A stretch of DNA of 64,000 nucleotides, taken from IMG/VR virus record IMGVR_UViG_2061766007_000520. One strand, given 5' to 3'. Position 1 is the first letter of the stretch. Each line of letters opens with the position of its first letter. The notes beneath the pieces were generated by a model. That model was given only the letters and a program-made list of their open reading frames with translations, was not told the DNA's origin and did not search any database. The DNA comes from an uncultured virus (IMG/VR IMGVR_UViG_2061766007_000520). Lineage: Duplodnaviria > Heunggongvirae > Uroviricota > Caudoviricetes. A program made the translations under genes and the position numbers. This document shows positions 53,216 to 64,000 of the stretch, piece after piece.

Positions 53216-55167
53216 ATGGAACAGGATGTTATGGAGAAGGATGATTGGGACGATTTTGCCTGTGAGTCTGACGTAAAGGAACAGCAGCTTAATATCGCGC
53301 GGGGAGAGACATTCTCCGCAGGTATCCGCAAAATGCTTCAGCGTCCTGTTTCCGATGACGTTCTGCCTGTACAGAAGCGGATAAGCTCGGACCTGCTTCC
53401 GCAGTACAACTCCATTTTTGAGATTGCCAGAAAAGAGGACGTCACCGTACTTGAGTACGTGAGGCGCGACCCGCAGTTCGCGCTGCGCGTTGCCGAGAAC
53501 TGCTACGCCGACTGGCAGAACCTTCTGACCGCAGCGGCCATCACCGGTGGCATCGAGATGCCTGATGAGAAAGGCGAGGTGCAGCGTTACGCGGTATCAA
53601 AGAACCAGACTAAGCTTATAGAGCTTCGGGTGCGCGAGGCATCCAAGCAGCTTGACCTCGTTAACGAGCTTGTGCTCACATGCAGCAGGGATGAGGAGCA
53701 GAGGAAGGACGTGCTTGAGCGTGCCATGTACAAGCGTGCCCTCAACGGCGATTCGCGCCTTGCCATCTATCTGCATGACCGCGTTNNNNNNNNNNNNNNN
53801 AGCAGGTCGAGTATGACTATGACAATGCCTACAATATATACGCGATTATCAAGACGCTGTTCGACAAGCAGCTTGAGGTACTTAACTCAGGAAACGGCGT
53901 GAAGCTTATCTGCTGTTCGCGCCGCGCCGGAAAGACGCACCTGCTTGTCGCGCTCCTTATGATAGAGTGCCTGCGCAAGCAGCGGACGCAGGTTATGTAC
54001 ATCGGTGAGACGATGGAGCTTTCCGAGTCGCTTGTCAACAAGGCGGCGCAGGACATCATAGATGCCTGCCAGCTGAGGAACAAGCGCGGGATGCGCTTTG
54101 ACTGGAAGCATTTTGACAACGGCTCCGAGATTATTATACGAGGGCTTTCAAATACCAAGGACCCTGACCAGATTCGCGGAAAGGCCGCCAAGGTAATCGT
54201 AATAGACGAGTTCTTCCACCTGAAGAGCGAGCTTCTTGAGTACCTTCAGACTGAGGTACTTGAGCCTATGCAGATGGACTACGCGGATGACTACATGTTC
54301 GTCTGCGCGGGAACGCCGCCTAAGATTAAGGGCACATACGGCGAGCATGTGTGGAAGACATGGGACGTTCCGCATTTCAGCTGGACATGGGAGGATAACC
54401 CTCATCCTGTCAACCTTGAGCTGCGCCGTGAGTTCGTTGAGAAGAAGCTCAAGGAGAAAGGGCTTGACTGGTCAAGCTCATTCGCGCGGCGTGAGTACAA
54501 GGGCGAGTGGGCATATGACGATGACCTTCTCCTTTATCCGGATTACCATGTATATGACAAGCGTGAGGTCATGCCGAGCATTCAGCCGACAAGAATCCTG
54601 TTCGGCATAGACTACGGCGTGGGCGACAACGACACGATATGGGGCGGTATATGGAATGATGACGAGCAGCGGGGCTACCAGTTCTGGGAGGACAAGTTCA
54701 ACCGCCTCGACATTATGAACCGGAGCATATCGCAGCTTGAGTACCTTGGAGAGCAGGTAAGGGCCGCGTGGAGGACCGCGCTCGACTACTTCCCTGACCT
54801 TTCGCCCAAGGAGGCGAACAAGCGCATCCTGTGGGACGCCGATGACAGCGACCAGCATCTTACGGACTACTTCAACATCAACCTGCGGCTTGAGGGCAAG
54901 GAGTACGTGGACCTGCGGCTCAACATACAGAACGCGCATAAGACTGACAAGACGATTATGTATGACAAGATAAGGGATTTGCTCAGGAAGGGTGACATGC
55001 TGCTGATTAAGGGCGGCAAATGTGAGCATGAGGTTACGTCCACCATCCTGAAGCGCGGTCCCAACGGCGAGATATATAAGGAAGTTGACACCAAGGCATA
55101 CCACCCGGACTTGCTTCCGGCTATGAGGTACGCTTTGTGGAATGCTATTGGACAATATGTGTCTTAG
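53216..55167 (+). CDS. terL: Terminase large subunit with an N-terminal TerS-like extension (gap at 53786-53800)
   Basis: Walker A SRRAGKT, Walker B IVIDE, AGTP coupling motif, nuclease GIDYG and HPDLLPAMRYA. The ATPase frame is open back to the gap. Confidence 0.85.
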
Positions 55168-55257
55168 CTGCATGGCAGCTAAGACGTAATTGGACTAGAA
55201 TGCGCGTTGAAAGTGCCTTGGGGCACTTTCAACAATGATTGATACAAGAGGTGCGTT

Positions 55258-55602
55258 ATGAAAAATAAGACAAAGAAGCTTAAACCTGCGAAAGAGCCTT
55301 CGCTTTTCATTAAGCTTATAAACATATACTTCGAGCAGGCAAGGCGGAGGAAGGCACTCCGCGTGCTGCAGAGGCAGTCATGGTCGTTCGACTTCCTTGC
55401 TCTGCTTCTGGTGAAGGCGAGCAAGATGGCAGGCCACGGCCTGTCGCTTGTAATCAGCGACAGGGAAGGTAAGTCGTACACATTGTCTTATGATAATGCT
55501 CAGAATGCAGATGCTATTCAGGCATTGGATGACAGCATATTCGACCACCTTGACGATGAGGCGGCTGTCAGCAGCTTCATAGCGAAACATTCAGTGAGGT
55601 AG
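55258..55602 (+). CDS. Hypothetical protein
   Basis: GAGG RBS; 114 aa. Confidence 0.55.
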   Translation: MKNKTKKLKPAKEPSLFIKLINIYFEQARRRKALRVLQRQSWSFDFLALLLVKASKMAGHGLSLVISDREGKSYTLSYDNAQNADAIQALDDSIFDHLDDEAAVSSFIAKHSVR

Positions 55603-55605
55603 TAT

Positions 55606-56919
55606 ATGGCAGATGACAGGGAACGGTACGTATTCAGGATATATAATATCATAGATAATGATAAATTGAAGCGGGATATTGCTGAGACAGCACGCCACAT
55701 AGATAACCCTGCTGTTTCTGATGAGCAGAAGCAATGGCTGAAGGTTAAGAAACAACGGCTTGAGGACGAGCTTGCTGAATATGCAGGAGAATATTTTTGG
55801 GGCAGCCCTTATAAATATGGGCAGGGTGGTGAGACCTATGCAAGAGAGCATCCCGGAGAATGGAAGAATATGGGGGAAGTGCAACATGCCCCGGATGATT
55901 ACACTTTGGACGAGGATTATCTCATGCGTAGTAATGATGATAAGATGTCATCTGAAGAGTATGCCGAGAAGCATGGCGGTGACTTTAAGCTTGACAGTTG
56001 GGGAGGCACAGAAAGGGAGAAATGTTATCATGGGCACATGTGGCTTCCCCATAAAGGGTTGTCGGTCATAGGGCTGTCTGACCCTATGTATAGTATTTAT
56101 CCGCTGCATGATATAGACGACAGAAAAATGTTTAGTCATACTGATAACGGTATGAAGCTTGACCGTGAATATCTGAGGGCACTCCATCCTGCTGTGCAGG
56201 ATATGTACAATTTTGCGTTCACGAAGTATATGGGTAAGTCCCCGGACGAGCTGTTTGATGATGAGGGATATTTTAAGGGAAATGCTGAGGATGCTGAAAA
56301 GTTTGCTGCTAATAAAGATACTATCGCTGAGTATCCTAAGCTTGTGCCAAGCGTTAATGCTTTTCCCAGTATGAAGGCATACAGGCTTTATAGTCAGACA
56401 GGCTACCCTATTGCAGATGACAAGTATAAGTGGATGAAATTGCTGAACAGCATTGCTAATACAGCTGCTTGGTCGAGTGGCAACAGCCTCGTGCTTGCGG
56501 GCGTTCCGGAAAAAGCCATATATACACCACGGGAGCTAGACAGGCAGGGCATAGCGGCTGCTATGGATTTCCCGGAAGAAATGCTCGTAAAATATTTACG
56601 TCCTGTAAAAAAGTGGTCGCTTAAAGATAGACTGCCTGTTGACAAGGGAGGCGGCCTCACGGAATGGAGCAAGCTGTTAGATAGGATAAAAGAGCTGCTT
56701 AATGCTCCTAAAGGCTGGGACATGGAGAATCGCCCCGAGTATTGGGAGAATGAGGCACGTAAGTTCATACGTGATAACTTTGACATTGACCCTGTTGATA
56801 TTGTGTCAGATGAGCTTAAAAAAGAGATTTTCATGGACCTGAGTTCATGTTATAATGGCACTAAACCTAGTGAGCATATCCTTGAGGGATTGACGCAGGG
56901 AGGTAGAAGATGGCAGTAA
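55606..56919 (+). CDS. Hypothetical acidic protein between terminase and portal, with a C-terminal SDELKKEI…HILEGL tag
   Basis: 437 aa ORF, more AT-rich than its flanks. Confidence 0.6.
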   Translation: MADDRERYVFRIYNIIDNDKLKRDIAETARHIDNPAVSDEQKQWLKVKKQRLEDELAEYAGEYFWGSPYKYGQGGETYAREHPGEWKNMGEVQHAPDDYTLDEDYLMRSNDDKMSSEEYAEKHGGDFKLDSWGGTEREKCYHGHMWLPHKGLSVIGLSDPMYSIYPLHDIDDRKMFSHTDNGMKLDREYLRALHPAVQDMYNFAFTKYMGKSPDELFDDEGYFKGNAEDAEKFAANKDTIAEYPKLVPSVNAFPSMKAYRLYSQTGYPIADDKYKWMKLLNSIANTAAWSSGNSLVLAGVPEKAIYTPRELDRQGIAAAMDFPEEMLVKYLRPVKKWSLKDRLPVDKGGGLTEWSKLLDRIKELLNAPKGWDMENRPEYWENEARKFIRDNFDIDPVDIVSDELKKEIFMDLSSCYNGTKPSEHILEGLTQGGRRWQ

Positions 56920-58568
56920 AATGGAGTAAAGACCCTGTAAACAACGAGTACAGGCCTACGTTGTTCCCCGGTGAGGACACCGAGGACTGGGAGCTTCCTG
57001 AAGGCATAAAGAATGATTTCCACCGCCTTAACAGCGTGATTGAGGCGAAGTATTCGCGTGAGTTCCTTAAAGTCTGTGCTTTCTGCAACAAGATGTTTCC
57101 TTCGCTCAAGACATCCGACTGGAACCAGTCGTCATACAACGTGCCGCCGTTCACCGCCATGGAGCAGGAAAGAAGCGACACCGGCTTCGGCACAAACTAC
57201 AATTTCCTGAAGCAGATTGTTGACCAGATAACGTCCCGCCTCGGCACCATAAGCTTCACGCCGAAGCTTATGTCGGAGGAACAGAGCTACGAGTACATAG
57301 TTTACAAGGATGAGGTTGAGCGCGTATTGAGGAAGCTCATCAAAAACGATGACCTTATCCGGATAAGCATCGAGGCGTTCCATGATGCTGCCGTGCTTAA
57401 CTATTCGCATGTGTTCATCGACCCCTACACCGGAAGCCTTATGAAAGCCAATGACTACGAGGTAGGTATATTCGAGAGCCAGTTCAACAGGCGGCACATA
57501 AAGCAGATGCTTTACCGTGACTATGCGTTCCCTGTGACGGATGCCTTCATATATATGAAAGATTTGGACGAGAAGCTTTCCAAGGAGCTGCTTGAGACGC
57601 TATCGGGCAAGAACTCCGTTGAGTTCAGCATGTACTTTGACTGCGTGAAGCATGAGGTATACGTCACGATTGCAGGAAAGACGTTGCCCGCGCGTCCTTA
57701 TCCGTTCGATGAGGTGCTTATGACCACCTTTGCATGGGACACCGGCTTCGCGCGTCAGCTTTCCACGTCCATGTTCGACCTGCTCTACCCTATACAGAGG
57801 GAAGTCAACCGTATCGCGGCGAAGACACAGGTGCTTATCCGCAACTACAAAGGTTCCGTTCCGGTGTTCAATTCGGACGTTGACCTTGCCATGAAAGCCA
57901 TTACCAACGGCACGGGCGAGGCGTTGTACATTGATTCGTCGCGGAGCGCGGCGGAGCTTATGACGGTCATAAATCCTACTCCGCTTGACCCGCAGCTTGA
58001 CAACGAGATACAGACACGAAAGACTACGATGTATGAGCTTGCGGGAATACAGAACGCCTCGTTTGACATGGAGAACATGCGGAGTGCGGCGGCTGTCGTT
58101 GCCCTTGACCAGACGCGCGACAGCGTGTTCCAAGCGCAGATGGCGGGTATGTCTCAGTTCATAAAGAATATGCTTGAGCTGTACATCGACTACCTTGCCG
58201 AGTATCCGGACATGTCCGGTGACAGGAGAAGAATTGACTGGAAGACGGTAAGCAGGCTCATAAAACAGTCTTACATCAACATGCAGCCTGTTCATATGAA
58301 TGACCCGCTGAGCGATGAGCAGAAGATTGACGAGAATCCTATGGACTACGTGAAGCTTGCAATATCACGGCTCCTGCTTGACGTGATAAACGGTGACGTG
58401 ACGTTTGAGACGGTGCCGTACTACATCGACACCATGCTGCTTGCGGTTCATGTAGCGGGTATACTCATAAAGTTTGAGGCGTTGGGCATTGACGTGCCTG
58501 ATGCCATACACAGGTTCCTTATGGCGGCGTACATTGATGCCGTCAAGACAGGCCGCGCCAAGCTCTAG
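56910..58568 (+). CDS. Portal protein
   Basis: 552 aa after the terminase; N…KQIVDQITSRL, DLLYPIQREVNR and YELAGI…SAAAV patterns resemble P22/podovirus portals. Confidence 0.7.
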   Translation: MAVKWSKDPVNNEYRPTLFPGEDTEDWELPEGIKNDFHRLNSVIEAKYSREFLKVCAFCNKMFPSLKTSDWNQSSYNVPPFTAMEQERSDTGFGTNYNFLKQIVDQITSRLGTISFTPKLMSEEQSYEYIVYKDEVERVLRKLIKNDDLIRISIEAFHDAAVLNYSHVFIDPYTGSLMKANDYEVGIFESQFNRRHIKQMLYRDYAFPVTDAFIYMKDLDEKLSKELLETLSGKNSVEFSMYFDCVKHEVYVTIAGKTLPARPYPFDEVLMTTFAWDTGFARQLSTSMFDLLYPIQREVNRIAAKTQVLIRNYKGSVPVFNSDVDLAMKAITNGTGEALYIDSSRSAAELMTVINPTPLDPQLDNEIQTRKTTMYELAGIQNASFDMENMRSAAAVVALDQTRDSVFQAQMAGMSQFIKNMLELYIDYLAEYPDMSGDRRRIDWKTVSRLIKQSYINMQPVHMNDPLSDEQKIDENPMDYVKLAISRLLLDVINGDVTFETVPYYIDTMLLAVHVAGILIKFEALGIDVPDAIHRFLMAAYIDAVKTGRAKL

Positions 58569-58576
58569 GAGGCAAT

Positions 58577-61500
58577 ATGGAGAACGGACAGAAAGCTAAC
58601 ATCCCCCTCGATTCGGGACTTGACATAAAGAGTTCGGATATGCTTGTTCCTGTTGACAAGCCGCAGTTCCAGCACAACAGGCAGAAGTATCAGGGAAGGT
58701 ATCTGCCCTCTTCAGTACGCTTTGAGCACAACGGCTGGGCCGCCGGCAACGATGTCTACGAGTTCGATGTGGCCGAGGCAGAGACTAAAATCGGTGATTT
58801 TACAGTCATACGCAGGACGCTCAATGATAATCCTACTTATGAGATTAGATTGCTTGACATGGACAGGAACATCCTTGCTACATTGATTTATAATGCTACA
58901 GGAAGCATACGTGACTATACTGCTGATTCATGCGAGATTATTGACGGTCATGTGCAGGGTATGTTCAACAATAAGCCGTTTAACCTTGTTTACAGCAAAG
59001 ACGACATAAAGCTTGTGCCTGTTGAGGGCACAGGTGATAGCCCTGACGTACATCTTGATGAGTTTGAGATGCTTCCGGGGTATCTGTCAAAGATTAAGCT
59101 GTATGATGAATCTACAAGAATACAGCTTTATTTTGCGGGTATGCTTTTGCCTACTGATGAGATTTATAACGGTAGTTACCTTTTCGGTAAGTTCCTGCGT
59201 TTCGTTGAGAATGTGTCCAAGTGGCAGTGTGGAAGCTACACGTTCATATTCGATAATTCCGGTAATGAGCCGAGCATATCGGTGCTTGACAATGAAGGCA
59301 ATGCTCTTGTGCTTACAGACGAGAGCATAATCTCTGTTCCCGATTCGGATGAGTTTGATGTTTCTTTTGGTACATCTTTACAGTGCAGAACAGATTTTAA
59401 TTCTAGTTTACATGAGTTTTTTCCATTTTTTAAGAATGTAGTTGGTACAGCTCCCGGTAATAATATGTGTGTACATTATTCAGCAGATAAGACATATACA
59501 TATAACAGGTGGGGTTTTACTGTAGATAATATACCAGCTGAGGGTACTAATGTAGAGGGTGAAAAAGAATCTTTTTTATATCGTAATTATGTAGATAGTC
59601 ACACAGATTTTAACTANNNNNNNNNNNNNNNNNNNNNNNNNNNACCTGTATGGACAGGTGTAAGTGCGCTACGAAAAACAATAGGCACACCTACTGAGCA
59701 GCTTAGCAGTAGTTATATAAAAGTGTATGATGGCTTTGCGGATAAAAATGGCTATTATGACCAGAATAGAAGTAGCCTGTGGGTGTTGATGGGGCATGGT
59801 GCAGAAACAGNNNNNNNNNNNNNNNNNNNNNNNNNNNNNNNNNNNNNNNNNNNNNNNNNNNNNGCGCGGTTGCCAAGTGCGTTGTATAATGAGTTACAAA
59901 GTTTTAATATAAACAGTCTTGTTACACATGCACCACAAAGTTTTGGTGGTAATGGCATAAATCTACACGGTACATTATGGAAAGGAACAGTACAGTCTGA
60001 TATAGTTGTTAATAGCGNNNNNNNNNNNNNNNNNNNNNNNNNNNNNNNNNNNNNNNNNNNNNNNNNNNNNNNNNNACATAACGTTCGTGCAGATAAAACT
60101 ATTACGCTTACGGAGAGGGAAATCTTTAATGTCACAACTTCTAGGGACAATAATAATGCTTATTTGCCATTTATAAATGATATTGTGTCTGATTCATATA
60201 GGTCACTTGNNNNNNNNNNNNNNNNNNNNNNNNNNCTTCACAGGCAGACCAGCCTACTACGCATATGTCAAAAATACAGGTAGACATTAGCATACCTGAT
60301 ATTATTGTGGACAGTTCTATTTTTGGTAGTGGGCGTGGTTCTTATTCACGTAGTATAGTAGCAACGTCTACTAATGGTTACAACGTTGACCAACTTCTTA
60401 GGACTACACCAGATAATCCGGATANNNNNNNNNNNNNNNNNNNNNNNATACAGGTGATGTATTCAGTGTGCCAAATGCTTTGCATGAGATATATAGAGGT
60501 ACTTTTTCAAATGCTAGTGGCTATTTCGTTGGTATGTGCTCCCAAGGTAGGCTCAGGTCAGATTTGTATATCTCAAAAGACGCATTACTAGACAATACAT
60601 TAGATAAGTCTTATTTTGACATTGAACCTGTTACACCAGATGTATCTGATGGGTATATTGATTTGAGTGAATTATTTGAGCATAAAGTAATAAAGGCTAC
60701 CTGTAGTGATAATCTTGAGGTAGATGTATACGTGTGTGCTAAGCAGGATGTTCAATACCTTTATTACACAAGAGAGGGTACAGTCAATCCAGATAATATG
60801 CCTGCATATATAAAGTACAATACGCTTGATACATCAGTAAATAATAGTGCAGGTGCTATGCAACGTGTAGCAATAAAGCCAGATTATGATATACAAGCTA
60901 TACGTGATTCAGACTATAATCTTGGCATAGCGGTTACAGGTANNNNNNNNNNNNNNNNNNNNNNNNNNNNNNNNNNNGCGCTTATAGAAAACTTAGATGA
61001 TAAACTAGCAACCGCTAGTTATTTACCGGGAAATGATTTTGTAGAAAAAGTGCTGCCTTCACTTGTAGACAGTACGTCTTTTACTGTAGATACAGCTATT
61101 GGGTATATAGATATTACTGTATCAGATGCTACAAGTGATTTAGACTATATAAAGGAGTATTCTCAAAAGATTACAGCATATATAGCTAATGTGGCAGTGT
61201 ATGCCTTTATATATAATCCGATATTACGCGAAGTATCTAATATTTATACTCCAGATATGCAGACAGAAATACAGAACATAACATTTAATGGTGTGACATT
61301 GGGTGTATCTAGTTCTGCGCCATCTGATAATAGAATAAATGTCTTTAGTATACTTTATACCTGTAGCGTGGTATATGCTTTTAGGATGGCAATATCTGCT
61401 GCAGTAGATAGTTCAATGGCACTTGTGCATTTTGAGAATAATATAGCAGTAGTAGATACTATTTATAATAGTGATAGATACATTAGACTTACTCTTGATT

Positions 61501-64000
61501 TTGACATGCGACAGGTTATTGTGTCAGAATCTTATGATGAAGGTGAAACGTATACTGTTCCTAGAGATTGCGATGAGGTATGGGCATCTTACTATGCCGT
61601 AGATATTACCTATGACGGTTCTGCGCTTATTACAGCTGTTCTTGAGGGTATTTATGATTTCATCAATTTCACTTCAGCACAATATCTGAGCAGCATAATA
61701 CGTGTTATGTATGACGGTCAGACATTAGATATACCTAAAGTTATGCTCACATCAGGTATAGGTTGCTTTTATACGGATGTAAGAAAAAAACAGCTTAATA
61801 GAGTGCAATTTGCAGAAATTAAGACTGATTCAGAGTTTCAGTTTTTGCGGCAGCAGTGGGAAACAGATACCNNNNNNNNNNNNNNNNNNNNNNNNNNNNN
61901 NGATGACACGCATATTCTTGTGCTCACAAGGGATGAGTTTCATCTTATGGAAAAGACAGATAGGCTTGATGATTGGGGCGGTGATGTATTTAACAAGATA
62001 CATGAATGGAAACGCTCTGATTTAATTGATTCACGTACACAGGAGTATTTCTGCTCGTCAGCAAACAATGATACTGCTAAACTTATTTGTGCTTCCTATA
62101 ATTCGGGTACATTGTACATAGACGTATATGACCCATTACTTGAAGATGACATGATTGCCAACAAGATACGTGTGTATCTTGGTACGGCAGTGCATGATAT
62201 TACTACAGGAGGCACTTATCTTAATACACCTAGCATAGCTAATACTGCTCTGCTCAACATGTTCACGAGAATACCAACGGATGTGCTCATTACACAGTCA
62301 AAATGGTCAGCTACCTGTATAGGCAGCTATCTTATACTTGGTATTCATTATGATAATAACTTTAACCAGTGGGCTATTGTAATAAGCATATTGTCCAGTG
62401 AGATTATCCGCGTTATACATGGCTATGGTTTTGTCGGTGTAGACGGAACGCTTACCGGTGGTGAGATACCTGCTAAATATTTTGATGTTGATATTGGTTT
62501 TATTGGTAAAATAGAACCTATCGAGGATTTAAAACAGGAAGGAAATGACCTTGGAGTGAAGTCTATTGATACCCTTTGGACTGTGCATGAGCGCATAGTA
62601 GGTACGCCTGAGCAGCAGTGGTACATAGACAAAGAAATCACAAGTATTGTGTCGCATCTTAGATACATTGGTAATGGTCGGTTTGAATCTGTTGAGCTTA
62701 AACTGAACAACAATTATTCAGTCAATTACGATTCGGCATCTTATGCTTCATCAGTATTATCAGATACAGGCCTTACTGCAGAAGCAGTTGAAAAAGCGTT
62801 GCCCATTGCTAATACAGTGTGGAATGGAATACTACAATCATGGCTATACCCTGTCATTTACTACTTTGCACCAAAAATATCCGTGATGAACTATTTGCAG
62901 CAGACTTTAGGTCAGGCAGCTTATGTCCACTATAACTCNNNNNNNNNNNNNNNNNNNNNNNNNNNNNNNNNNNNNNNNNNNNNNNNNNNNNNNNNNNNNN
63001 NNNNNNNNNNNNNNNNNNNNNNNNNNNNNNNNNNNNNNNNNNNNNNNNNNNNNNNNNNNNNNNNNNNNNNNNNNNNNNNNNNNNNNNNNNNNNNNNNNNN
63101 NNNNNNNNNNNNNNNNNNNNNNNNNNNNNNNNNNNNNNNNNNNNNNNNNNNNNNNNNNNNNNNNNNNNNNNNNNNNNNNNNNNNNNNNNNNNNNNNNNNN
63201 NNNNNNNNNNNNNNNNNNNNNNNNNNNNNNNNNNNNNNNNNNNNNNNNNNNNNNNNNNNNNNNNNNNNNNNNNNNNNNNNNNNNNNNNNNNNNNNNNNNN
63301 NNNNNNNNNNNNNNNNNNNNNNNNNNNNNNNNNNNNNNNNNNNNNNNNNNNNNNNNNNNNNNNNNNNNNNNNNNNNNNNNNNNNNNNNNNNNNNNNNNNN
63401 NNNNNNNNNNNNNNNNNNNNNNNNNNNNNNNNNNNNNNNNNNNNNNNNNNNNNNNNNNNNNNNNNNNNNNNNNNNNNNNNNNNNNNNNNNNNNNNNNNNN
63501 NNNNNNNNNNNNNNNNNNNNNNNNNNNNNNNNNNNNNNNNNNNNNNNNNNNNNNNNNNNNNNNNNNNNNNNNNNNNNNNNNNNNNNNNNNNNNNNNNNNN
63601 NNNNNNNNNNNNNNNNNNNNNNNNNNNNNNNNNNNNNNNNNNNNNNNNNNNNNNNNNNNNNNNNNNNNNNNNNNNNNNNNNNNNNNNNNNNNNNNNNNNN
63701 NNNNNNNNNNNNNNNNNNNNNNNNNNNNNNNNNNNNNNNNNNNNNNNNNNNNNNNNNNNNNNNNNNNNNNNNNNNNNNNNNNNNNNNNNNNNNNNNNNNN
63801 NNNNNNNNNNNNNNNNNNNNNNNNNNNNNNNNNNNNNNNNNNNNNNNNNNNACAGCCTAATTTCACTACGGTTACCATATCCGGTGATATACGTGATAAG
63901 TTCAAGGGTGATGTGCCATATTTTGTTGCTATGGTAAAAGGAAAGCATAAGACTGTTACTCTTCCTGAAAGAATGGCATACGTTATCGGTACGGAATCAT
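58577..64000 (+). CDS. N-terminal and central part of the very large tail protein (frames broken only at N gaps)
   Basis: ORFs 58577..60283, 60265..60591 and 60468..63860 change frame at gaps; the sequence continues into 1-2959 through the terminal overlap. Confidence 0.55.
63856..63965. repeat. Terminal overlap with 1141-1250, indicating a circular or complete genome
   Basis: CCTAATTTYACTACGGTTAC…GACTGTTACTCTTCC is shared, with three synonymous SNPs. Confidence 0.9.

Noticed and set aside
62854..63948. Long ORFs in the track made mostly of X, and antisense ORFs over real genes
   Set aside because: They are artefacts of N runs or shadows of codon bias, with no RBS or motifs.

Overview
An almost complete, circularly permuted dsDNA phage genome of about 62.7 kb: the window end (63856-) repeats position 1141 onward with a few SNPs. 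It is a gapped metagenomic scaffold with several N-runs that cause apparent frameshifts and one misoriented block inside the DNA polymerase gene. The plus-strand arm (about 52.6 kb through the origin to 22.7 kb) is the packaging, virion and lysis module of a podovirus-like virion with no tape measure. It encodes a ParB-like protein, terminase, portal, a very large tail protein, internal/ejection-like proteins, an S74 chaperone-peptidase, adaptor, major capsid, a KTSC protein, tail fibre, holin/spanin-like proteins, an amidase and a C-type-lectin-fold receptor-binding candidate. The minus-strand arm (22.8-51.4 kb) holds replication and early genes: ThyX-like, family A DNA polymerase, HNH, two SSBs, dNTP diphosphohydrolase, helicase-primase, GroES-like, SNF2 helicase, a VRR-NUC-like nuclease and many small ORFs. 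No integrase, reverse transcriptase or CRISPR array was found. The SSB sequences hint at a spirochaete (Treponema-like) host, which is inference only. Main observations: (1) several unrelated head-region proteins share a C-terminal SDxxxKxI / NIhxG-A tag, the same motif as the S74 cleavage site, suggesting a cargo sorting and processing system; (2) early genes are separated by repeated GAACAGCAG-hairpin-SD elements that show covariation and loop inversions; (3) one operator-like box, TGTCAnnTGAYA, overlaps early promoters but sits just upstream of middle promoters; (4) a DGR-type variable region has no RT or template; (5) a tRNA-like RNA has an enlarged anticodon loop.
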